Positions 1 through 15,799 of a DNA stretch of 64,000 bases are shown here, piece by piece. The notes beneath the pieces were generated by a model, which worked only from the letters and a program-made list of their open reading frames with translations, was not told where the DNA came from and did not search any database. Source of the stretch: the human T2T-CHM13v2.0 reference genome, Homo sapiens. The number at the start of each line of letters is the position of its first letter. Within the stretch, counting starts at the first letter, position 1. Made by a program: the position numbers and the translations under genes. The DNA is taken from the NCBI RefSeq assembly GCF_009914755.1, contig NC_060939.1. One strand, given 5' to 3'.

Positions 1-1587
<1,587 letters not shown>

Positions 1588-1651
1588 TATGATGCTAGGG
1601 TGGCTATTTTGCCCATTAGTTGATGCAGTTTATTCATAGTGTTGATGGGCT

Positions 1652-2664
1652 TTACAATTTGGTATGTTTTTGCAGTGGCTGGTACCAGTTGTTCCTTTCC
1701 ATGTTTAGTGCTTCCTTCAGGAGCTCTTGTAAGGCAGGCCTGGTGGTGACAAAATCTGTCAGCATTTGCTTGTTTGTAAAGGGTTTTACTTCTCCTTTGC
1801 TTATGAAGCTTAGTTTGGCTGGATATGAGATCCTGGGTTGAAAATTCTTTCCTTTAAGAATGTTGAGTATTGGCCCCCACTCTCTTCTGGCTTGTAGGGT
1901 TTCTGCTGAGAGATCCACTGTTAATCTGATGGGCTTCCCTTTGTGGGTAACCTTACCTTTCTCTCTGGCTGCCCTTAACATTTTTTCCTTCATTTCAACC
2001 TTGGTGAATCTGACGATTATGTGTGTCTTGGGGTTGCTCTTCTCGAGGAGTATCATTGTGGTGTTCTCTGTATTTCCTGAATTTGAATGTTGGCCTGTCT
2101 TGCTAGGTTGGGGAAGTTCTGGATAATATCCTGAAGAGTGTTTTCCAACTCGCTTCCATTCTCCCTGTCACTTTCAGGTACACCAATCAAACGTACATTT
2201 GGTCTTTTCATGTAGTCCCATATTTCTTGGAGGCTTTGTTAATTTATTTTTACTCTTTTTTCTTTAGTCTTGTCTTCTTGCTTTATTTCATTAAGTTGAT
2301 CCTCAATCTGATACCCTTTCTGCTGCTTGATTGATTCAGCTATGGATACTTGGTATACTTTACGAAGTTCTCATGCTGTGTTTTTCAGCTTCATCAGGTC
2401 ATTTATGTTCTTTTCTAAACTGGTTAGTGATTTGTCTAACCTTTTTTCAAGGTTCTTAGCTTCCTTGCATTGGGTTAGAAAACGCTCCTTTAGCTCGGAG
2501 GAGCTTGTTATTACCCACCTTCTGAAGCCTACTTCTGTCAACTTGTCAAACTCATTCTCTGTCCAGTTTCGTTCCCTTGCTGGCGAGGAGTTGTCATCCT
2601 TTGGAGGAGAAGAGGCATTCTGGTTTTTGGAATTTTCAGCCTTTTTGCACTGGTTTCTCTCCAT
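1652..2664 (-). pseudogene. Disrupted L1 ORF1p
   Basis: MERNQCKKAENSKNQ... and ...HIIVRFTKVEMKEKMLRAAREKG...FQPRISYPAKLSF in separate frames. Confidence 0.95.
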
Positions 2665-3345
2665 CTTTGTGGGTTTATCTACCTTTGGTCTTTGATGTTG
2701 GTGACCTTTGAATGGGGACTCTGAGTGGACGTTCTTTTTGTTGATGTTGCTACTATTCCTTTCTGTTGGTTAGTTTTCCTTTAACAATCAGGCCCCTCTG
2801 CTGCAGGTCTGCTGGAGTTTGCCTGGCTATCACCAGCAGAGGCTGCAGAACAGCAAAGATTGCTGCCTCTTCCTTCCTCTGGAAGCTTTGTCCCGGGGGG
2901 CACCCACCAGATGCCAGTCAGAGCTCTCCTGTGAGAGGTGTCTGTCAGCCCCTACTGGGGGGTGTCTCCCAGTCAGGATACCTGGGGGTCAGGGACTTGA
3001 GGAGGCAGTATGACTCTTAGCCGACCTCAAATGCTGTGCTGGGAGATCCGCTGCTCTCTTCAGAGCTGTCAGGGACGTTTGAGTCTGCTAAAGTTGTGTT
3101 CACAACTGCCCCTTCACCCAGGTGTTCTGTCTCAGGGAGATGGGGATTTTACCTCTAAGCCCCTGACTGGGACTGCTGCCTTTTTTTTTCAGCAATGCCT
3201 TGCCCAGAGAGGAGGAATCTAGACAGGCAGTTGGCCACAGTGGCCTTGCTGAGCTCCCGTGGGCTCTGCCCAGTTAGAACTTCCTGGTGGCTTTGTTTAT
3301 GCTGTTGACACTGTGAGGGTAAAACTGCCTACTCAAGTCTCAGCA

Positions 3346-3585
3346 ATGGCGGATGCCTCTCCCCTCACCAAGCTTGAGAGTCCCAGATCGACCTCAGACT
3401 GCTGTGCTGGCTGCAAGAATTTCAAGCTAGTGGATCTTAGCTTGCTGGGCTCCATGGGGCTAGGACCCACTGAGCCAGACCACTTGGCTCCCTGGCTTCA
3501 GCCCCCTTTCCAGGGGAGTCAACGGTTCTGTCTCGCTGGTATTCCAGGTGCCACTGGGGTATGGAAAAAAAAATCCTGCAGCTAG
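3346..3585 (+). CDS. L1 ORF0-like antisense ORF (79 aa); expression unknown
   Basis: gcaATGG Kozak context; MADASPLTKLESPRSTSDCCAG...GPTEP resembles L1HS ORF0 MAGAPPPASLPPCSLISDCCAS...GPSEP. Confidence 0.5.
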   Translation: MADASPLTKLESPRSTSDCCAGCKNFKLVDLSLLGSMGLGPTEPDHLAPWLQPPFQGSQRFCLAGIPGATGVWKKKSCS

Positions 3586-4737
3586 CTTGGTGTCTGGCCA
3601 AATGGTTGCCCAGTTTTGTGCTTGAAACCCAGGGCCCTGGTGGCACAGGCACCAGAGGGAATCTCCTGGTCTGTGGGTCGTGAACACCACGGGAAAATCA
3701 CAGTATCTGGGCCGGAGTGCACCATTCTTCATGGCACAGTCCCTCACGGCTTCCCTTGGCTAGGGCAGGGAATTCCCTGACCCCTTGCACTTGCTGGGTG
3801 AGGCAATGCCCCACCTTCCTTCAGCTCGCCTTCCTTGGGCTGCATCCACTCTCCAACCAGTCCCAATGAGATGAAATGGGTCCCTCAGTTGGAAATGCAG
3901 AAATCACCTACCTTCTGCATTGATCTCGCTGAGAGCTGCAGACTGGAGCTGTTACTATTCGGCCATCTTGCCAGCAAACCCAATATTTTGCTTCTTAAAA
4001 AAGAATGCAAGCACGTATTGTGTAATTTTGAAAAAGCATACGTTATAGGGAAAAAGGAAGCAAATATGACATAATGCTAATAGCTGTTAATCCTGTATGG
4101 AGACAGAATAGGAGTGTTACACTATTCATTGTTTGTACAAATAAACCTTAGAGAAAACAAAAAGAAATGAGGGGCATCTCTTGAGGGAATATTCCAGAGC
4201 CAGGAAACAAAGAAACACTGCCAGGTGTGGCAGTGAGAAGACTGTCCTGTGGTGGAGGAGAGGTCAGAATGGTGGAGGCCATCTTCAGTACTTTTGAAGG
4301 AGACCCAGGGCAGAGTGAGTGGCGGAAGCCAGGACGATGTGGACAGAGGAAGCTGCAGAGGGCAGGGCCTGGCCCAGAGGCCCCTGAGGCTGAAAAGAAG
4401 AGAAGACGAGGCCCATAAGAAAGAGGATGGTGTGGTTAGGCCTGGCATGTTCTCCATTTTGACCTAGTTCTCGTTTCAGTCCTTATTCCTAAAGTAACCC
4501 CATTTTGTTCTGGTGATAGCTTAAGTGTAACCAAATGAACTGTACTGAGGTGCTGTGTGTGTGCTTCAAGTTCTTTTACAAGAATCCTCAAGATTCCACG
4601 TTTACCCACATCTTCAGATATTTCTGAGCCCTAATACTGGATATTTCAGATATTTCCAACCCTGAGAACGCTGAGCTGATGTGATGGCAAATACTAAAGC
4701 CTCGATGGGTGCTCCCTTCTCTGGACAAAAAAAATAA

Positions 4738-5250
4738 ACTTTTTATTTTACAACAGTTTTCAACCGACAGAAAAACTACAAAGATAGTTCATAGAGTTTC
4801 CATATCCTCCACACCCAATTTCCCCTGTTATGAACATTTTATATATGTGGCACACCTGTTATGATTAGTAAACCAATATTTATATAATCTTATCAATTGA
4901 AGTCCACAGTATCCAGATTTCCTTAGTTTTTAATGTCCTTTTACTGTTTCCGGATCCCATCTAGCACACCACATTACACCTTTCTCCTGTAAGGGTCCTC
5001 TCAGTTCTGACAGTTTCTCAGACTTGCCTTGTTTTTGTTGACTTGGTGGTTTTTCATGAGGACTGGTCAGGTTTTTGCAGATGCCCCTCTGTTGGGATTA
5101 GTGTGATGTTTTTCTCGTGATTGGACAAGGGTTACAAATTCTTGGGAGGCAAGTCACCGAGCAGAGTGCCCTTTATCTTATTGTATGAAGGGACCCCACA
5201 TCAAAGGACGTACCACTGTCAAAGTGCACCTGGCAAGTTACACTTGAAAA
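4738..5250 (-). mobile_element. L1MC4/5-like 3' fragment
   Basis: Matches recalled L1MC 3'UTR (aaagatagt...agagtttccatatcc...cccaatttcccct...ggatccca). Confidence 0.75.
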
Positions 5251-6299
5251 GTTTTCTAGGCATTCTGTGATTCTCACAGAGATTCCCAAGAAGTGATTGT
5301 CAGCGAGGGTAGGAGTCGTCCCCAGTGTGGTGAGCCCTGATCCCCGGAGCACCCTGTGAGATCTTCCATTTTCAGAAAGGTCTGGCTCAGTCTGTGGCTT
5401 CATTTTTGCAGGTCTCCATCAGAGCAGGAACTAGGACTCGGTGGCATCCCGAGTGGCTGATTCTGGTTTCCTTGGGCTTCCAGCAGGAAATAGGAAACTC
5501 CTAGGGACTAGGGACGGTTCCTGGGGCTCAAAGGAAACACGCTAGTTAAAACCAGCTTCTCCTTTCCCAAGCAGTAGGGAGGGAGATCTTGCAAGCACTA
5601 ACATTTACATAAGCATTTGAAGAAAAGAAAAATGTTGTTTCTCATAGCTGATAAAGGCCAAGGAAATATTTGAGCCCTTGCTATTTGCAGCAGTCCTTTG
5701 GTGTTCTAATTGATTGTCTGTCACAGACGCTCCAGCTACTATTTCAAAACTTTGTCAGCCTTCATCCGCCCTCAGCCACACCCCAACGGACAGCCATACC
5801 CCACCTGATGCTCTTAGCCCCAGGTAACTGCCTCCTGTCTTATTGGGAGGATGAAAGCCAGGTGTCCTCAGCTTCCCCGCTGCACTTCAGCATCTCCCCG
5901 TGTGTCCTCGCTTCTCCCTTCTCTCCATTGCCAAGGATGAAGGCCAATCCGTGCAATTCCCACGAACCTCACAGATACATTCATCTCCCTTAATCCGCCC
6001 CTTTCCACTGCCTCCTCCTGCTCAGCTCATCATGCCCTAGCTGAAGACTTTTCTCCCCAAACTTGTGCCTTCTCCAACTGTGTGAAAGAATGACTGCCAA
6101 GACTGTTGATGATCTGACCCTTACAACCCGAACCCCACATTGCTGCATTTCTTACCGCTAAGCCCCAGCCCAACCAAACCATTGTTAGTTCCCAGATAGT
6201 GTCAGGCTCCCTCTTCCTTCTGGGCCTCTGAACCAGCTGTCTCCACCACCTGAAATACAGTGTCTCCCTGCTACCTTGCACCCTGCCTCATTGGTTGGC

Positions 6300-6600
6300 T
6301 AACTCCAGGGCTTCCTGACTCCCATCCTGGCAGGCCTGGCTTTCAGAGCACTTCCTCCAAGAAACCTTCCTTGACTCCCAGAAACCAAAGCAGGGCCCCT
6401 CTGTGTTCTCTCAGCACACCTGTGGACCCCGTCTTAGCACTTATCTCATGGCATCAAAACTGCATGTTTCCATTCTGGGTTCTATCTCCCACTGGATTAC
6501 AAGCCACTTGAGGGAGCAGAGAACATCTTGCCTGTTACTACATTCCCCAGAAGCTGGACTTGACAAATAGCTGGAGCCCAATAGACAACTGTTGAGTTAA
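6300..6600 (+). mobile_element. L2 3' end fragment
   Basis: ccttccttgac...tctccccactggattacaagccacttgaggg...caatagacaactgttgag. Confidence 0.6.
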
Positions 6601-6671
6601 AAGAACAGTTATCTTGAACAGAAACTCTTGAGTTCCTACTGCTTACGCTTGATCACCCATACCCCAAACTC

Positions 6672-6984
<313 letters not shown>

Positions 6985-7494
6985 TGAAATGTTCTTCCAG
7001 ATCACTTCCCCAGTGTAATGTCCATTGGTCCCTTCTCAGTCTTGGCTTACTCAGTCTCTCTGAAGCCTCTGATACTCTTGTCCAATTTCTCTTCCATATA
7101 ATTGTCTCCTCCTTTGATTCTTGGAATATTGTTCTCTCCTCCCAGCCCCTCACCTCTGTGACTTCTCTTTCTCAGGCTCCATCAATCCCTTCTGTCCCCT
7201 ATTTTAACAGGTCTCAAATCACCCCTGTCATTTCTCCTGTACTTCTCTTCCTTGGTTCCCTGTTTCTGTGAAGAGCATCAGCATCCTCTATGGCATAAAG
7301 GCTGGAAATCACAGCATCCTCTTCCACTTCACTCTCCACTAATGAAAGTGTCTAACTAGGAATAGCCAAGTCTAGCACGTTCTGCTACCTAACTATCACT
7401 ACACACCTCCAACCTTTGGTGTAGTTCAGGCCTTCATCCCTTCTTGCTTGGGTTTGTTTGTGTGTGTGTGTGTGGGTGGGGGCAGGGGTGTTGA

Positions 7495-8108
<614 letters not shown>

Positions 8109-8542
8109 TTTGCTTGGGTTATTGATGACTGTCATCACCTCTAAATTGGTCCTACGCCTGGACCCCCTCCAGTGTTTCCCATGTAGCCTTTCCTTTACAC
8201 TGTTCTGGCTGTGATACACCATTGCTCAAAATGTCCAATTGCTGTCTGTTGTCCTTGGAATAAAGCCCAAACTCCTAAGGAAGAGTTCAGAGGAGTTAAG
8301 AAGGAAGATCCTCCTCAATCTGGCATGACCAATATTTCCAGCCTTGTCTTCTAACGCATGACTTCTTGTACCTCAACTATTTCCTGTCCTTTCTTGCCTA
8401 CCTGCCTCTGCTTCCGCCTAAACTGTTCTTCCTCATCACTTCATTTCTTCATGTGGAATTCTTACCAAGCCTCATGTAGTATAAAGTCGCTTCTCATGAA
8501 GTTTTCCCTCATCTTTGGGCTCTGGGTTCTCTTTTACTTAGG

Positions 8543-8930
8543 CACTGTTATACTTTGCTGCCTTAAAAAATAAATCCTGAAATCTCAGGGGCTCAACCTA
8601 GTACTTATCACTAACATCAGAGTCTGGTGTGAGCCAAGAAGCTCTCCTTGGTAGGTCTTTTCCAGTGGTGACTCAGGGAACTCAGCTGCTTCCCTCAATG
8701 AACTCATCCATTCCAGGATTATCCAATTCCATGGGTGAGGAGGAGAGAGGGAAGTCCTGGAAGAATGCATGCCTGCTTTTAATGGCCTCAAGCCAGGAGC
8801 TATCTATCACTTATACTCACAATCCCATTGGTGAGAGCACAATCATAGGGTCCCAAACGAACTATGGGGGAGGCTGAAAAATGTAGGAAAGCACATGGAC
8901 GTTTGGTTCACACTGCTTTGCCAGTGGCTC
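8543..8930 (-). mobile_element. MLT1 (K/L-like) LTR
   Basis: aaatctcaggggctcaac...gtgactcagggaactcagctgcttcc...cacttatactcacaatcccattgg. Confidence 0.6.
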
Positions 8931-8937
8931 TTCCAGC

Positions 8938-9048
8938 AAGGTCACCAGCTGTCGCAGTTTGCCTGGGACTGTCTGGGTTTCAGTACTGAAGAGTCCCATG
9001 TCCTAGAAAAACCGTCAGTTCTGGGCAGACAGAGAATGTTGGTCACCT
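8938..9048. mobile_element. MER94 (hAT-Blackjack MITE)
   Basis: aaggtcaccagctgtcgcagtttgcctgggactg...tgttggtcacct, palindromic ends. Confidence 0.85.
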
Positions 9049-9773
9049 CCAGTCCTTTGTTTGTAATTCTGTACAACAATTTCACAGTTATGTATGTTTC
9101 TACTTCATCTAGATCTAGATTACTAACTTCTAGGAAGCAGGGGCTGGATCACAGGGATCTTTTTCATCCCCTACCAGGTCAAGAATATTGTGTGTACAAA
9201 GTAGATAACCATAAATGTAGGGATAGGTTTTAAATGTCATTTTGTTTTTTGACTACATGAGTAATACACATTTAGTGTAAAAACAGGTGAACAGACAGAG
9301 AAAAAACAGTTTTTAAAATTACCTTAATTACTAGCCCTTTTTAGAAATTACCATTTAGCTTTTGGAGTACACACATACTCACATGCACACATGCCTGAGA
9401 AGAGAATATATGGGAATTATAAAGAAAAATTAGATGATATTTCACAGGTTGTTCTGTAAGTTCTTTTTCTCATTGAATAATATATTATAAATGTCTATAG
9501 CATTAAATTGAAAATGATATAATTAAATGACTTGCATTTGTTGAGCCCAAATTGTAATATATGCAGGAATGCTGGTATGATTAGCAGCTGTATCATGTTC
9601 TATAACTTGGCATGCTAACCATTTTGTATAATTGAAAGGTTGTGTTTCCCTTTTTGAAGTAAATGCAAGGGACGTGAATTGTTCCAGAACACAGCAAAAG
9701 ATAGACTGCTACCCAGTTTATTACATAAAGCAAGCACAACCTTGGTACGCATAACCGATCAAGATACCATTAG

Positions 9774-10135
9774 TGTATTAGTCTGTTCTCGTGGTGCTAA
9801 TAAAGACATACCAAAGACTGGGTAATTTATAAAGGAAGGAGGTTTAATTGACTCACAGTTCCACATGACTGGGGAGGCCTCACAATCATGGTGGAAGATA
9901 AAAAAGGAGCGAAGTCATGTCTTAATGGCAGCAGGCAAGAGAGCGTGAGCAGGGAAACTCCCCTTTATAAAACCATCAGATCTCATGAGACTTATTCATT
10001 ATCACGAGAATAGCATGGGAAGGACTGCCCCCATGATTCAATTACATCCCACTGGGTCCCTCCCACGACACATGGGAATTATGGGAGCTACAATTCAAGA
10101 TGGGATTTGGGTAGGGACACAGTCAAACCATATCA
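9774..10135 (-). mobile_element. THE1 (C/D-like) solo LTR
   Basis: tgtattagtc...caaaccatatca; 5-bp TSD attag/atgag. Confidence 0.93.
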
Positions 10136-10234
10136 ATGAGCAAAATAAAACTACAGAGCAAGATCACTTTAGGAATGTTGATCTTAAATGAAATACAAGA
10201 AAATAATGTAAGATGATATTGAATAAATTAATAA

Positions 10235-10390
10235 TGATGATAATAATGCAAGCTAACATTTGTAGAGGTCTTTCTATGTGCCAGCCAGGGGTCTGAGTTC
10301 TTTATATACACTGTGAAGTACCATTGTAGAGATGAAGAAACTGAGGTACAGAGAGGGTAACTTGTGCAAGTTTATGTTACTAGTAACTGC
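10235..10390 (-). mobile_element. MIR
   Basis: agatgaagaaactgaggtacagagagggtaacttg core. Confidence 0.75.
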
Positions 10391-10699
10391 ACACAAAGAT
10401 CACATCGGGCTTTGGCTCCAGCAGTGCATGAATAGACCATTTCAAGGAAATGTGATACAATGTAGTACAACAATAGGTTCAACAAGGAAAACAAAGATCA
10501 TATTGATAGATTTCGATGCTTGGAGACAATGCCTCTTTTAATGAAAACATTACAGAAAAACAGGAGCAGAATATTTGTTTATACCAAGGAGTACATTTTT
10601 CAAACTAATGCATTATTCTGTTAAAAATCAAAGCATGGATTCCTCATTTCTACCTACCAGGAACCAAAATATCAATCACCTAGGAATATTTTATAGGAT

Positions 10700-11280
10700 G
10701 TACTAAGTTTTCTCTATTCCGGGAAATTAATACTTGTTCTTTATATGAAAATTTGGATGGAAAGGCTAGAAAATCACAATGAAAAGAATCAAAATCTCCC
10801 ATATACCCATTCTGAGATAAAAAAATCTCCCGTATAACTGTTCTGAGATAATTCCTTAACATTTCTATGCATATAATTTCTTTTCCATACTGAATTAGGA
10901 TTATACAATTATACTATTTTGAAATTCAGTCTCTTTTCAGTTAAACATATACTTTGAAAAATATCTTCTCATTAAATACTCTGTCACATGTGAATTTTAA
11001 TGGCTGTGCAGTATTCCCTCAAGAGGATGGATCAGATTTTAACCTCTAATGTTGAACACTTGGGTGGATTCCGTTCTTCAGCTGTTATAAACAACAATGC
11101 AATTAATATTCCTGTCCCTAAACTCACTTCCACAGCTCTGACATTTAATTTAGGTTAAGTTCTTAGAAAAGAGTTCCAAAATTTTTGGTGTACATTGCCA
11201 AAATACCTTCCTAGAATATTTGCACTAATTTATACTCTTACCAGTAGTATAGAGTGTCATGTTCCTCACTCTTTCACTTT
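10700..11280 (-). mobile_element. L1ME-like fragment
   Basis: ttttaatggctgtgcagtattcc...tgcactaatttatactcttaccagtagtatagag. Confidence 0.6.
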
Positions 11281-11294
11281 CATCTACCAATATT

Positions 11295-11522
11295 ATCTAC
11301 CTCCTTATCTGCAGGTTCTGCAACAACTATTTACATAGCATTTGCCTTGTATTAGATCGTATAAGTAAGCTAGAGATGATTTAAAGTATAGGGGAGTTTA
11401 CATGTGTGCATAGGTTATATGTTAATACCACGCCATTTTATATCAGGGACTTGAGCATCCATGGATTTTGGTATCCATAGGAGTCCTGGAACCAATACCC
11501 CAGGGATACTGAGAGATGACTG
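11295..11522 (-). mobile_element. MER2 (Tigger MITE), internally deleted
   Basis: gggacttgagcatccatggattttggtatcc...gatgactg followed by TA. Confidence 0.85.
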
Positions 11523-14500
11523 TAATTCAAATGAGATATGGGTGACATATATGAGATAGATGTGTGACACATATGTGTCGTATGTGTGACAGAATGTTAC
11601 TGTGAGTTGTGATTACTTTGAATAAAAGAAGAGATGCATCTTGCACTTGAATAGGATGAATATATAATATGAAGCTGTCCGCTCCTCCCAAAATGTAATA
11701 CAATGCCAACAGGAATTTTCTTAGAATTTTCCTAAATGATTCTAAAAGTTACCTGGAAGAATGAGTAAGGGAGAATTCCAACAAATGTTCTAAAAAAGAA
11801 AAGTAAAGAGAGGAGGCATCCCCATTAAAGTTTTAGAAAGCAGTGTAATAGTTAAAGCAATAGCCGAGCAAACTGGAGCACATCCCCTTCTGATGAGTGC
11901 CAGGCAACTCTTCTGTATGTGTTAGCTGATGGGGAAAGGGGTCTTTCCACCAGCTGATAAAAACTCTTGGAGCTCAAGGTTGTCAAAACCACTTCATTCC
12001 CCAACTGTCATTAAGAGCAGAAAGAGATCCAAATAGAACTTGGTTGTTTTCCACAAGGCCTTGCTTTCCATGGGAAGGGGACGTCAATGGTAACTAGAAG
12101 TGCTATCATTGGGCCAAGCTGCCTCTCTTATCTCATAGTTTATTTAATGTGATAAAAATAGCTATGTCGGTATCACACTTTTAACTTTTTAAAGAACGTT
12201 CTGTTACACAAATTGAGTGCGCAGAGAGAACTGGGAGGCACAACGCTATCTCCAAATAATAGCCATGGTGCTCTGAGAATTCTTGTGATTGTGTTGAGGG
12301 GTGGGTATGGGGCGGTATGAGGGGTGGGTATGGCCTCCAGCTTGGCCAGCATTGGCTGTGTTAGAGTTTGCTGACTTAAAGACAGAAAAATAGAGCTGTC
12401 TGTGACCCCAACTCAGACTTTGAAAATACCAGAGATTAAACTCTTTCCCTGGCTGCCCTTGTTTAAAACATGTTCCTCTGACGACTCATGGTCAGTCTGT
12501 ATAAAAACACAAATTCATTTGCTAAAATCCATCTGTAGGAGACTTTCCCATATGATGTTGTTCCACAGCTCATTTGATGTAAAGAATAATTTGAAAGGAG
12601 GACACCACCAACACGTAATGCATTTAGAAAGGGAGAGAGATACACACTTACCAACCCACCTCACACAGGCTTTACAAACAGCAATGTCAAACTAGTTGGC
12701 ATTGACACCCAAGCCCTCTGAGTTCAAAGCAAGAGCCACCTCAGAGTTTCCACCATCTGAAGAGGACCTTGGCTTTTTGCTTTGAAGTATTTCCTTTGAA
12801 GGTCAAGGTAGAGGGGCCTTGCTGACTAAAGAAATTGCTAATCTATAGAAGGATGTGGCCTCTGCTCCATCACACATTTGTAATGTTCACATGAGGTTAA
12901 CAAAACAAATGGTTTTGACTGTAATGCGTGAGCTGGGGCCGGCCTTTCTTTTCAACTTGTCCCTGTCACTGGAACACTTCTGAAGGATAAGGTGGGACCC
13001 AGCAGGGTCTAAACCAGTTACTGAGTTAATTTCAAGTTTCTTGAATCCCCACGATCATCCAGTCAGAGTTGGTGTCTGCAAACAACTGCTGATTGTCAAG
13101 ATTATGCAGACTGGACTTAGAAGACCTGGCTCAAAATCCCAGCTGCCCTTCTGAAGCAGGGTCATCCCTGGCAAGTCTCTTCATGGTTATACTTATCCAC
13201 CTACCTGTACTAATTCCTGCTGAAGAATTTCTTAAGTAGAACCATTTAAAAACCCAACATTTTCTGAGATTTTTTGAGCCTAGAAGCCAAAAGTAGGTAA
13301 GACTTACAAACTGAATCCAAAGAGATAGATGTCTTGGCACGTAAGACAAACTCCATCCCTGAGACAGGCTGAGCCTCGGCAGAGTTTTGCTGATGAGAGT
13401 GACTGGGTAGCTAATAAGTGTTCAGTAGTCAGCTCCCTTATACTCAAACCACCTCTCTTCAATGCAACAAGCATCACTAGAATATTTGTACTGAATGAAT
13501 CATTTATTTTGGTATCTCCAGTCCCCAGCACAGTTCTAGGCATATAGTATTAGTTGAATTCAGTTAATTAGGAAATGTAGCATGTTCTCTGTACACTCAC
13601 TCCTACCCCCATCCACACAAATATTTGGCTTACATTGTGAGTATACTAAAAATAATGTGTATTACAAATTGAATCTTAAAGACTTTCTCCATCTGGAGGA
13701 AATGGGTTGTCTAGAAGCATCAGAAAAACTGGACATGTCAGATAACTACAAGAAACTTTGATCAAATATTTTGTTTTGAGATTGATGCACGTAACACATA
13801 CCCCCAACCTCATCTTCTCTGATAAAGTCACTCATGGGATTTGAAATGGATGTTGCATATGCCAGCTACCAAATGGCCTGTCACAGAGCCCCAAAGAATC
13901 ATATGTTTGGATAAAGTCCCTCCAGCCCCTCTGTTGTTGTTTATCTCGAGTCCTAATTGAAGGGGCTTCTTCCATCTCAGTTTTTTTTTTCCCAAGTAAA
14001 TACCACCCAGAAAGCTAGGAGATCAAGAAAGTGTGCAAGATGGGTGGGGATAGGCTATATGATTTTAAAAAGGTAAAAGAACAGGCTTGCTTGGGGCTAA
14101 AAGAATAATTTTGGCTATTCCAAATTAGGATTCCATATGTAAATACGAACATAGATAAATACATATTTTATATATACATTCATATATACATTTATATTTC
14201 TCTCTCCCCCTCCTATCTAACTATCCATTCATCCATGTCATTTGCTCCTATATCTGAGAGCATAGGGTGTGTAAATTTTAAAATTTTAAACAGTTACCTT
14301 AGTGCTCGGGCAAATGGAGTCAGTTTTCTCTATATTCACAGCAATTTGTATCTTTCTAAGGCACAAAGGTCACTGAATCTTCATTAAGACCCTATAAGGT
14401 AGGGAGAGTGGAAATCATTTTCCTGATGTGAAGGTAACTAATATGCCCAGGTCACCTTGGGAGGCTGACCCTCCCCTCACCCAGGAATCGGACTAGGCTG

Positions 14501-15799
14501 AACAAGATTGGATGCTCTTCCCAGCCCCTTGGTGGTCTGGATCATAGAGGAGGGTCACGAATACCCTTTGTCCCATTCCTGCAGATGCTCTCCTAAGTGG
14601 GCGGTGGGCTTGTCACCCTGAAGCCTTTCAGGCTCTCCTGTGAGTGAAGACCCCTGTGTGGATACTCTGAAGAAATCTGTCAGGAGAAGGTTGCTGAAAT
14701 CCCAGTGTGGATACTGGGTGTGCCAGTGATGTGTCCACCATTTGGTCGCTTCAAGAGATGTTGGTTCAGCTGCTTGGGAGGGATGGGAATGATATCTGGG
14801 GATGCAGGGCCAGAGGCCCAGATTGTTTCTGAGACATGGCTTGATGGTTGTGATTAACTGGGGAGACTGAGGTGGAACAGCTTCATAAGAGATAAAGGGG
14901 TTGATGTGTTAGAGACGCGGGAAGGCCCAACCATGAATTCTGTTGAAAACAAGCAGTATTCAAACTTTAATTATTTAAAAAAGAAGTGTTTGCAACAATT
15001 GCTTTATGTTCAATTCCCCTTCAGCCTATTTTCCTCATTGCTACCAGAAGTAAACCAGACACTGTGGGTGTGACTTTGATTAGAACCCTTCAGTTGTGTG
15101 GAATGTTAGCTGGAGTTTTCTTCAGCAGTAGAGCCCTGGGTAATTTGTTCCTCTTCTTCCCTCTACTTTTCTGTTTCCCCCCACCCCCTCCCCCCCAACT
15201 TTTTGGGTATATTTTTCATATGTAGAAAACAAATATTATTGTAAAACACGTTAAATGTATTTTAAAAGAAATCCTTTGACATATTTCTTTGCCCTTAGAA
15301 GAATAAAGTGTATATTTATCCCTGAGGAGAAGACCCTCCCTCCCTGGTTCCTGTCTTCACTAGTGTATATCCACCTGCGAGCCGCATATGCACCTCCAGG
15401 TTGTGGCTGCTCCCCACCTCTCTCTCCCCCCGGCCCTCGATTTTGTGCCCTTGCCCGTGTTCTTCTGCACAGAGGCCTCTCGCTCCTGTGTCCCCCCGCC
15501 TAATACTTTTCTCATCCTTCAAGACTCGGCCTAGGCATCATCTCCCAAATGACACCTGCTCTGACCCTACCCCCCACATTGGCAGGCATGGCCATAGTAA
15601 ACAAACACACAGTCCTGAACAGTTGTTAGAAGTTGGTTCTGATATGACTCATACCTAGAGCAAAAAGGGAAATGTGAGCATATCAAAGACTCAGAGTGTC
15701 TTTGTGGAATACACAATGATCATCTAAGTTTGATTTCCTGCTTAACTTCAGGATTGACTCACAATATAACTTCCTGGTGGGAACGACAGAAAAAGTAAA

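Noticed and set aside
4200-4550. Purine-rich stretch with several overlapping short ORFs
   Set aside because: More likely a decayed MLT1-type LTR; too diverged to call and no protein similarity recognised
11885-11960. CTGATGA followed by hairpins and a later GAAA, suggesting a hammerhead ribozyme
   Set aside because: The hairpin after CTGATGA is not followed by GAAA, and stems I and III cannot be closed in hammerhead topology
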